Shown here: piece after piece, positions 36,950 through 45,079 of the stretch
Numbering within the stretch: the stretch's first letter is position 1
Layout: each line of letters begins with the position of its first letter
Source of the DNA: a virus
Reading direction: 5' to 3' (one strand)
Virus record (IMG/VR): IMGVR_UViG_3300012210_000006
Coordinates: 5,860-69,859 of that record
DNA length: 64,000 bases
Translations under genes and position numbers: made by a program
Notes under the pieces: model-generated
The model's input: the letters and a program-made list of their open reading frames with translations, nothing else
Told to the model about the DNA's origin: nothing
The model's database searches: none

Positions 36950-37751
36950 TGAAATCTCCCAGTGCAGCAACTTTACCAAATTCAGCAATAATTTTTTGAT
37001 TTGTTTTTTGAATAATTTGTCTGATACGAGACGATCCTATTTTTGTTTTATATTCCATTTCCATAGTGAGATATTCATCAATTTGTTCAACACTTTTTCC
37101 ACTAAACCAATGTAGTCTCCAAATCTCTCCATCCGGTTTAGGAAATATTTTTTCATTAAAAGAAATTTGATATATAGTTTTCAATATTTTAATACATTTT
37201 TCATTGCGTAGATTCTCTAATTCTTTTTCCTCACAATCCATAATATTAGCAAGAGTTGCTTCGTATATTTCTTTTGCAAACTTTGAATCTTCAAAATAAT
37301 TATTTGAATGATATGCAATATTCATATCTATTGATAATTCATTTTTCCACCCATGTTTTTTCAACTTTTCTTGTATACTGTATAATACACGATGATATAA
37401 TTTGTTTTTAATATAATTTCCAAAAACTGCTAAATTTTCTTCCTTATTTTTAATTTTGAAATCGTTAACAACAAGGTCATAAAATTCAAGTAAAACATCT
37501 TGGTAAATATCGTTATATTCATAACTCTTTTGTGCAAGATTATATTTGATATAAAAATGAGTAGTATTCTTTTTAAGAAGATATTGAAACTGCTCAGTTA
37601 ATTTCCAAAGTGCATCATCTCTTTCATCTTTTGTATAATGTTGATTAACATTTTGAATAATAACAATAAGTGTTTCGGGAATAACATATTTTTTCTTATT
37701 TGTACAAAAAGGACAATCTTTGATGGTTCCGGCACAAATTGGACATTTCAT
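36942..37751 (-). CDS. Sigma-70-like transcription factor with N-terminal CxxC-CxxC
   Basis: Region-2-like DDALWKL...DIYQDV...FGNYIK and region-4-like C-terminus (IWRLHWFSGKSVEQI...IRQI). Confidence 0.65.
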   Translation of the reverse strand: MKCPICAGTIKDCPFCTNKKKYVIPETLIVIIQNVNQHYTKDERDDALWKLTEQFQYLLKKNTTHFYIKYNLAQKSYEYNDIYQDVLLEFYDLVVNDFKIKNKEENLAVFGNYIKNKLYHRVLYSIQEKLKKHGWKNELSIDMNIAYHSNNYFEDSKFAKEIYEATLANIMDCEEKELENLRNEKCIKILKTIYQISFNEKIFPKPDGEIWRLHWFSGKSVEQIDEYLTMEMEYKTKIGSSRIRQIIQKTNQKIIAEFGKVAALGDFND

Positions 37752-40700
37752 TGTGAAATAACCTTTAAAATTGAAACATCGAAATATCCCTTCCACTTAT
37801 CAGGATTTGATTTACGACCAAGTAAGTCCACAATCATTCCCTTCTTCAATTCTGGATTATTAAACTTATTCATTTGTGCTGCATTAATAATCATTTTCAT
37901 GGTGAAAGATTCATCTTCAAGATCAATCATATACATGAATTTTCCATCTTTTTTACTTTTCTTTTTAATGATGTTTGTTATCATTACGCGAGTACGATGT
38001 TCTATATATTTTTCAATTCTTCGTTGTCCATATTTTGTAAAGGACATTTGTTTTTCCATTCGCCAGTCATCTTCAATCTCTTGCAAGGTTACTAAATTAG
38101 CAACTTCTTTTTGCCACTGTGAACGGCCTACTTGACACGGATGACCTGAAATATGAAATCCAAACAAATCATATTCTTTTTCAAGAGTAATTGCCGTCGT
38201 TACGTTATCAACCTGATCGAAACACCCCGATTGATGTAATGCATCCAAAACCTTAGAAGTTGCGTGACGAGCAGGAATACGTTCTCTCCAATTTATACTA
38301 TTTTGATAGTATCCATTTTTTTCTCTTTCTTCTACGATATGTTCGACGCTTGCGGGGCCAACTCCTCTTATGCAATCGAGTCCAAGCATAATTGTTTTTT
38401 TATCAAGAGCGATAAATCCCTTACCTGAATAATTAATATCAGGAGGCATAAGAAAGCATCCAGCTATCTGTGCATCTCGAATTAATGTTGGGATATTATC
38501 TTTCGTACTAGAATTCTCTGCTGTTAAGCAGGCCGCGAGAAAGTATGCGGGGTAGTAATACTTCGCCCAGGCCGTTTGTGCTGTTAAGTATGAATAAGCC
38601 ATGGCGTGAGATCGGTTAAAAACATACTCGGCCATTGGAAGAATTTGTCCCCAAAGAGTTTCTCCAATTTCTCTTGTAATATGTGAATGCTCAATAAGAC
38701 CATTGATAAGCTGTTCCTTATATTTTGGAATTTTATCAACTTGTTTTTTGCCCATTACCTTACGGAGATCGTCTGCTTCTGCAAGAGAAAATCCAGCGCA
38801 TTGATTCGCAATCGCCATAATACTTTCTTGAAATGCACATACACCAAGTTCCTTTTCAAGAATTGGTTTTAATTCAGAGAAGAGGTAATGAACTTGTTCT
38901 TGTCCGTTTCTGCGAGCGATATAGGTTGCCGTATCTCCTGATAACATAGGTCCAGGGCGACATAATGAATTAAGGACTGCCAAATCTTCAACACAAGTTG
39001 GTTTGGCCTGTTGAAGTAAACGAACATAACCGCCTCCTGCTGCTTGAAATATTCCCATTGTTCGACCAGATGTTAATAAGGTATAAATCTGTGGATCATC
39101 GAGGTTAATATTGTCAAAACTGAAATTAGGATCGTCATTTTTTCTAATCTGTCTTTCTACTGACTTTAAAATATCAAGAGTAATGAGTCCAAGAATATCA
39201 AACTTGATTAACCCAAATGCCTCAACATCTTGCATATCTAATTGAGCAAGTATTATTTCTTCTTTCGTCCCTGTTGATTTCGCAACCATAAGAGGAATAA
39301 TCTCGTTAACAGGCTTTGATGCAATAATGATACCGCTTGCATGAGTGCTGGCATGAGTACCAAGAGAACGTAGGCCGCGAGCATAATGTAAAAGATATAA
39401 ACCTGGTTCCCCAAGGGACTCAATAATTTGTCTAAATTCATGTGATTGTGTCCATACGTCGTCGAGTGAAAGACCGTGAGGTTCTGCCGCTGGTCCTGCC
39501 CCTTGCAGCGAGGATTCCCCTTCAGGGATAATTGCTGTTATCTTATTTGCGATTCCTAAATCAATCCCTAAGACTTGACATAGCTTTTTAACAAGTTTCG
39601 CAGGGCCAAAAGTCGAATAAGTGCCAATCTGACAAACATTTTTTTCTCCATATCGATCTCGAAGATATTGTATAATTTCCTGACGGCGTTCTTTCTGAAA
39701 ATCGAGATCAATATCCGGGGGAGCAAACCGTTCTAGACGACCAGGATTAATGAACCTCTCAAATGGGAGCTTTCGGGTTATAGGGTCTACTCCGGTGATC
39801 CCTAAGACCCAACAGACGAGGCTTCCCACGGCGCTGCCGCGTCCGCATCCTACCATAATATCTTCGCGCTTACAAAACTGCATCAAATCCCAAAGAACGA
39901 GAATATATTCTACGAAGCCTGCTTTAATAATAACTGTCATTTCGTATTCTAAGCGTTCTGCATATTCTTGCGGAATAATTGATAGAATAGGAATGTTTAA
40001 TTTTTCACACAATCCACCCCAACATTTGTCTTGAAATGTCCTTTCTTTATCAGCTTCGTGAAAACTATTTGCAGGATATATATCAAAGGGTAATTCAGGA
40101 ACAAACCATTGTTTCCGAAGGGGAAGTTCGAATTCTACTTGATCGGCAATCTTCTGAGTATTCTCTAATTCCCATGGATTAAATAATGCTGACATTTCGT
40201 CAGTAGTCTTTAACCAACATTGATTCGTAGGGAAACGCCATCTATCTGGATCGTGTTTTTGAGCAGCAGTGTTGCAACACAATAACGTGTCATGTGAGTC
40301 ATAATCTTCTTCATTTAGATAATGACAATCTGATGAACATATTATCTGTTCTTTGGAGAAATTTTGTCTATACCAAGTATTGAGTTTCTCCTGCGTTGAC
40401 TCCGCACCATGCCACTGCAACTCCGCGTAGAAATTGTCGCCGAACGTTGATTGAAACCACTGACATTCGCCTCTTGCAATCTCTTCGCTATATGCACATT
40501 TTCCTTCGCCTTCTCCATCCAAGCCGCGCGAAAGTCTTTGAGCAATGATTCCACCGAGGCAAGCGGTTGTGACAATGAGTCCATCGGAGTATCGAGCAAG
40601 GATTTCATGGTCGATGCGAGGTTTTTTATAGAAACCCTCTGTAAACGCGAGAGTGGAAAGGGTTTTGAGGTTATTCCAGCCTTGTTCTGTTTTCGCGAGG

Positions 40701-40981
40701 ATGATGAGGTGAGCGGCATATGATTCTCCTTTTAAATAGTGTTTACGATGCCTTGAATCTAATGCAATATACGCTTCCATGCCTATAATCTGTTTCACGC
40801 CGTACTTATGACATGCATCGTATGCTTTTACAACCGACGCAAGATTACCGTGCTCCGTGAAGGCTATTGCCTTTTGTCCATCATCTGCAATCTTTTTGAC
40901 AGCAGAATCAATTCTCACCATAGAATCTAGGAGAGAATAACCGGAATGACAGTGCAAGTTACAAAATGGGATTTTAGACAT
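37748..40981 (-). CDS. dnaE: DNA polymerase III alpha subunit
   Basis: PHP domain LHCHSGYSLLD, GRGSAVGS, PPDIDLDF, KFDILG, FNRSH. Confidence 0.97.
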   Translation of the reverse strand: MSKIPFCNLHCHSGYSLLDSMVRIDSAVKKIADDGQKAIAFTEHGNLASVVKAYDACHKYGVKQIIGMEAYIALDSRHRKHYLKGESYAAHLIILAKTEQGWNNLKTLSTLAFTEGFYKKPRIDHEILARYSDGLIVTTACLGGIIAQRLSRGLDGEGEGKCAYSEEIARGECQWFQSTFGDNFYAELQWHGAESTQEKLNTWYRQNFSKEQIICSSDCHYLNEEDYDSHDTLLCCNTAAQKHDPDRWRFPTNQCWLKTTDEMSALFNPWELENTQKIADQVEFELPLRKQWFVPELPFDIYPANSFHEADKERTFQDKCWGGLCEKLNIPILSIIPQEYAERLEYEMTVIIKAGFVEYILVLWDLMQFCKREDIMVGCGRGSAVGSLVCWVLGITGVDPITRKLPFERFINPGRLERFAPPDIDLDFQKERRQEIIQYLRDRYGEKNVCQIGTYSTFGPAKLVKKLCQVLGIDLGIANKITAIIPEGESSLQGAGPAAEPHGLSLDDVWTQSHEFRQIIESLGEPGLYLLHYARGLRSLGTHASTHASGIIIASKPVNEIIPLMVAKSTGTKEEIILAQLDMQDVEAFGLIKFDILGLITLDILKSVERQIRKNDDPNFSFDNINLDDPQIYTLLTSGRTMGIFQAAGGGYVRLLQQAKPTCVEDLAVLNSLCRPGPMLSGDTATYIARRNGQEQVHYLFSELKPILEKELGVCAFQESIMAIANQCAGFSLAEADDLRKVMGKKQVDKIPKYKEQLINGLIEHSHITREIGETLWGQILPMAEYVFNRSHAMAYSYLTAQTAWAKYYYPAYFLAACLTAENSSTKDNIPTLIRDAQIAGCFLMPPDINYSGKGFIALDKKTIMLGLDCIRGVGPASVEHIVEEREKNGYYQNSINWRERIPARHATSKVLDALHQSGCFDQVDNVTTAITLEKEYDLFGFHISGHPCQVGRSQWQKEVANLVTLQEIEDDWRMEKQMSFTKYGQRRIEKYIEHRTRVMITNIIKKKSKKDGKFMYMIDLEDESFTMKMIINAAQMNKFNNPELKKGMIVDLLGRKSNPDKWKGYFDVSILKVISQ

Positions 40982-41145
40982 TAAACCAAATCACCAAGTG
41001 CTTCAATAATAGAATTTACAGTTATCCAATCTTTATGATTTTCATATAGAAACTGAGTTGTATCTTTAATTATAAATTTAATTCTTTGAATTGCCTGTGT
41101 TCTTTTATCTGCCAAATTTAACTCTTCATCATTTAATAATTGCAT
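40981..41145 (-). CDS. 54-aa hypothetical protein
   Basis: Fills the PhoH-DnaE gap; stop overlaps the dnaE ATG. Confidence 0.55.
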   Translation of the reverse strand: MQLLNDEELNLADKRTQAIQRIKFIIKDTTQFLYENHKDWITVNSIIEALGDLV

Positions 41146-41146
41146 C

Positions 41147-41776
41147 CTAATTTCCCTCGTACTTTCTTACAATTTTTCCTACTAAACCATGTCTCTGACA
41201 ATCTTCAATTTTGAACTTAACGATTCCTATTTCATCTTTCCAATTTGGACCATCGAATCTTTCAATAACATCGCTTAATCCATTAATAAAATTATTATCA
41301 AGATCACACTGCCGAAGATCACCAAGGATAACCATCTTGGAATCTTTTCCTAATCTAGTCAAGAACATTTTCATTTGATTCACAGTAGAATTTTGTGCTT
41401 CATCAAGAATGATGAACGAATTTGAAAACGTCTTTCCCCTCATAAATTCGAGACATTCGAAGCGTACTCTGTCATCGGAAATCAATTTCTGATACTGTTC
41501 GCATAATGCCTCTTGAAAAAACTCATCAAGAACCTGTTTATATGGAGCAGTTTTCTCATCGAGATCACCTGGTAAAAAACCAAGATCACCGTCTACTTGA
41601 ATTAAGGGTTTACTAAATATAATCTGTGATCCACGGTGTTTTTTTAACCATTCTGAAGCCATGTTTGCCGCTAAGAAACTTTTGCCTGTTCCGGCAGGCC
41701 CGAAACCAAATATAATGTCTTTTTCTTTTATAAGTTTAACGAATTCGGTTTGTCTTTCTCCGCGCGCTTCAAACAT
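41147..41776 (-). CDS. phoH: PhoH-family ATPase
   Basis: GPAGTGKS, LGFLPGDLDEK, MRGKTF, LDEAQN, GDLRQCD; AAAGGGG RBS before ATG 41776. Confidence 0.95.
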   Translation of the reverse strand: MFEARGERQTEFVKLIKEKDIIFGFGPAGTGKSFLAANMASEWLKKHRGSQIIFSKPLIQVDGDLGFLPGDLDEKTAPYKQVLDEFFQEALCEQYQKLISDDRVRFECLEFMRGKTFSNSFIILDEAQNSTVNQMKMFLTRLGKDSKMVILGDLRQCDLDNNFINGLSDVIERFDGPNWKDEIGIVKFKIEDCQRHGLVGKIVRKYEGN

Positions 41777-41926
41777 TACATCCCCTTTGATTCGAGATAC
41801 GTAATTAAATATTGAACTTGTTGAAAATCTTTTAAGGGATATATGTTTATCTGCACATCCCCATAAAAAACGAAATAACACCTTTCTCTTACACACCAGT
41901 AAATTATGAACGGTCCCTTCCAAGAA

Positions 41927-42292
41927 TCAGGTTGTAATTTCATAAACACAAACTTTTAGATTATACTTACGGGCTTCCTTGATCATATGTCTTGTTCCTG
42001 GTCCCTTACCGGGAATAGCAAGTAATGCGTCAGCTTTTCCTTCAACAATCATTTGAGTATTTCTAATTACCCCTGCTGCCCTACGATGTTTATTCCAATC
42101 AGCCGGAAATTCAATCACAGGAATTCCATTTAATATTGCCCATTTCCAACCAAGTGTATCAACTCCTGGTGCCATTCCACAAATAACTGTATTAATTTCT
42201 TTTGCAAATGGACATATATCTAATGCATCAAATAAAATATCAGGTAAAACAATTTCTCTACCTCCTGCTATAATACATCTCATATAAACCAC
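41927..42292 (-). CDS. SLOG/YspA-like (DUF2493) protein
   Basis: IIAGGR, CGMAPGVD, ADW...AAG.IRN.QM, GPGTRHMI. Confidence 0.88.
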   Translation of the reverse strand: MVYMRCIIAGGREIVLPDILFDALDICPFAKEINTVICGMAPGVDTLGWKWAILNGIPVIEFPADWNKHRRAAGVIRNTQMIVEGKADALLAIPGKGPGTRHMIKEARKYNLKVCVYEITT

Positions 42293-42310
42293 CCTTGGTC
42301 AAATAACATT

Positions 42311-42475
42311 TTAAATTCCCTTCAATATAGATAATTTAAAATTATTAATATTTTTAGAATACTTTTTATTTCGTAATCTTCGCATTGCATTAGCACATAT
42401 TCTGCATCTCTTATATTTACAAGAGAGTAAATTGTCCTGTGTTTGTGAATGTCCACATTGTTTAAACATATCCAT
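42311..42475 (-). CDS. 54-aa Cys/His zinc-binding micro-protein
   Basis: CGH...N...RCRIC pattern. Confidence 0.5.
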   Translation of the reverse strand: MDMFKQCGHSQTQDNLLSCKYKRCRICANAMRRLRNKKYSKNINNFKLSILKGI

Positions 42476-42476
42476 A

Positions 42477-42758
42477 TTAAATATGTCCAAATGCGATTAT
42501 AAAATGACTGAGATCATCTTCTACAAAATCCCTGCGGAAAACATATGCGACTCCCTGAAAATCGTGAATAAGTCTTCCGTGTAAAATTCCGTTTGTTTTT
42601 CCATAACGATCAAGACAAACTGTTACACCTACTGATCGAGTATCAATTTGGTGGTTAGAAAGAAGATTTTCTAATTGACATTTAATTGAACCATCGTCAA
42701 CAGGAATTTCAAATATTAGCTTGTAACCTTCGGGATGTTCGATTCCACCTGGGTGCAT
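42477..42758 (-). CDS. Hypothetical protein
   Basis: Packed in the - strand operon. Confidence 0.55.
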   Translation of the reverse strand: MHPGGIEHPEGYKLIFEIPVDDGSIKCQLENLLSNHQIDTRSVGVTVCLDRYGKTNGILHGRLIHDFQGVAYVFRRDFVEDDLSHFIIAFGHI

Positions 42759-42759
42759 A

Positions 42760-43047
42760 TTAATCCCCTCTTAAATACTCATGTTTCAATTGTTTATTAC
42801 AAACTAAGCATGTATTTATTACATACAGTGACTTACTACTATAAGAACCAGTATAATCTGAGTGTTCACTATATTCCCATTTCTCTTCCTTTTTTATATC
42901 CCAATGTTGGCACTTATTCATCCAAAATTGTTTTTCTTCATACAAAAGAGTTAAATCAGTCTTTGTTAAGGCAAGTTTTCCATTTTCATAATTTTTAATA
43001 TTTGTTAGGACTTTGTTAAACTTTTCTACCCAAAATTCCTGTGTCAT
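42760..43047 (-). CDS. Hypothetical protein (CxH...CxxC)
   Basis: ATGA overlap with the upstream gene. Confidence 0.6.
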   Translation of the reverse strand: MTQEFWVEKFNKVLTNIKNYENGKLALTKTDLTLLYEEKQFWMNKCQHWDIKKEEKWEYSEHSDYTGSYSSKSLYVINTCLVCNKQLKHEYLRGD

Positions 43048-44420
43048 TGTAATTCTTCCCTCTCCTTAAATTGTTTAAATTCTTGGCGCAAGTTTGCTTT
43101 AATATCCTTAGATAAGATTTTCTTTAATAATTGCATCGGCTCAACAAATTCTTGAAGTTCTTTAACCTCATTTTGTAGTCTTTTTATATGTTCTATTGTT
43201 GCTTGAGCACGATAATTACTTCCTGAATTCATTTCCTTTTCGCAGATTTGTAATTCAAAAATACGATTCTGTAATAGTGTTGCGTCTTCTGTCATTGAAT
43301 TAATTTTCTTTTGAAGAGTTGGAATTATCTTCTCCATTTCATGCAGATATTTCGTTGGAACAACCGACATTCCTGATTCAGAATTTTCATCAACAATTTC
43401 CTTTTGAAACTCTTCGAGATTCAAGCTTTCAATCGTTTTGAAGTGGTTAATATTTACATCGTTAATTGTCCAAGTTGATTCCGTTTTTGGTTCATAAATA
43501 TGATCCGTCAATTGTATACGTCCGTTCATATATATACAATCGCCTGGTTTCATTGCTTGTACTTTTGTTTGTACATCCGAAAGACCACAAATCTTCTCAT
43601 AAATATCCATGTCATTCGGATATGTCACATAATGTAATAGAAAAATGTAACACTGTGTAAGAACATCCTTAACAAGAGAAGCAGGACGTTGTGACATAAC
43701 ACAAAGAGATATTTCTCTTTTTCTGCCACGTTTAGCAAGTTGAATAATCTGTTTTAAAAGAGGATCATCTTTTTGAATTCCTGCTCCTTGTGGGCACATT
43801 TCATGTGCTTCTTCGATGAAAATTCTGTGATAATGTTTATTCTCTGGCGTTGCTGCTTCAAAAATTCCCTGAAGATATGCCTTCACATATACACGCTTAA
43901 CATCATCTTCAATTCCGGCGAGAAGAAGAACCACGTTCATCTTTTTAAGATATGCTTTTCTTCCCATCTCATAAAATTCGTTACTGTTCGATAATTTAAT
44001 ATCCAATTTAACGGAATCAAAGTTTGTCAAAGAAGCAGGAGACATATCATCAATTTTTTTGGATACCGACTCCATAGTAATAGGCGGTCCGGCAATAATA
44101 ACTTCACCAAGTGTTTTCAGGAAATGATATTCATTTTCAATATCAAGAATAGTAAATCCTAAATTAAGCCGAATATGCTCTTCCATGAAGCGGCGCGCCG
44201 AAGTCGATTTTCCACTGCCGGTCGAACCTAAAAGAGCGATTGACCTCCCATTAATCTCTAATGGATCAAGAACAATTGTAGGAGCAAGAATAATATGCTT
44301 AGTATTATGCTGTACAGGTTTTAGATTTACACCTAGAGTAACAGAAGGAGGTACGCCAAAATTCATTGGTTTTAGATTAGGGCGCGGAGGAAGAGGAGGC
44401 AATCCTGGCAGTTCTGACAT
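43044..44420 (-). CDS. HerA/FtsK-superfamily ATPase with C-terminal coiled coil
   Basis: GSTGSGKS, DIENEY, IFIEEAH, KRGRK...MSQRPA. Confidence 0.85.
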   Translation of the reverse strand: MSELPGLPPLPPRPNLKPMNFGVPPSVTLGVNLKPVQHNTKHIILAPTIVLDPLEINGRSIALLGSTGSGKSTSARRFMEEHIRLNLGFTILDIENEYHFLKTLGEVIIAGPPITMESVSKKIDDMSPASLTNFDSVKLDIKLSNSNEFYEMGRKAYLKKMNVVLLLAGIEDDVKRVYVKAYLQGIFEAATPENKHYHRIFIEEAHEMCPQGAGIQKDDPLLKQIIQLAKRGRKREISLCVMSQRPASLVKDVLTQCYIFLLHYVTYPNDMDIYEKICGLSDVQTKVQAMKPGDCIYMNGRIQLTDHIYEPKTESTWTINDVNINHFKTIESLNLEEFQKEIVDENSESGMSVVPTKYLHEMEKIIPTLQKKINSMTEDATLLQNRIFELQICEKEMNSGSNYRAQATIEHIKRLQNEVKELQEFVEPMQLLKKILSKDIKANLRQEFKQFKEREELQ

Positions 44421-44560
44421 TATTCATCCTCTCCAAACCGTGAATCATAATAGCAATTTTCTTCAGAATCGAAAAGTTTATATTTTTTGTTAATAACTGG
44501 ATTTTTTTCAACAGGAATTTGATTTTCAATATTGTTCAAATCTGCTTCTACTCCGTACAT
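44420..44560 (-). CDS. 46-aa hypothetical protein
   Basis: Fills the gap; AGGAG RBS; TAATG coupling. Confidence 0.5.
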   Translation of the reverse strand: MYGVEADLNNIENQIPVEKNPVINKKYKLFDSEENCYYDSRFGEDE

Positions 44561-44561
44561 T

Positions 44562-45077
44562 TTATTTTCTCCTGCGTTCCTGAATTTCGTGTGTTAGGTA
44601 CCATGAAGCTTTTTTCAAATCTTCGATTGGAGCATTTTTTAATGATTCTCTCCAAATATATTTAATACAGTTTCCTAATGCAAATCCGAAATGTTTAGAA
44701 ATGTCAATGCATTCGATTGGTTTACTGCAATGAACACATCTGATTTTATCAGAGTTATAATGTTTGGGATTATTAACATTATCTGAAATTGTAATTTTAA
44801 TGGGAATTTTTCGATTTAAATCTAATGGTGGATTAAAATTAGGGTTTCCAACTGCTGATCCGTCATTTTCGTAAAACCCGTTATATGGATCACCCTTAGC
44901 AAATCCGATTATTTGTTTCTCAGGAATAATGTGAGAAATTAATTTTGAGTAATCGTGATAAACTTGATACCGTTTCCCTGGATTTATACATGAAATAATT
45001 ACAGCATCTGTGCAATTACCCTTTTTAGGCCAATCTCTTACTTGAACAAATTGATTACATTTATATTTATGATTCAT
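44562..45077 (-). CDS. DUF3310-domain protein
   Basis: DNVNNPKHY...IECID...GNCIKYIWR...KN..EDLKKASWY. Confidence 0.88.
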   Translation of the reverse strand: MNHKYKCNQFVQVRDWPKKGNCTDAVIISCINPGKRYQVYHDYSKLISHIIPEKQIIGFAKGDPYNGFYENDGSAVGNPNFNPPLDLNRKIPIKITISDNVNNPKHYNSDKIRCVHCSKPIECIDISKHFGFALGNCIKYIWRESLKNAPIEDLKKASWYLTHEIQERRRK

Positions 45078-45079
45078 AA

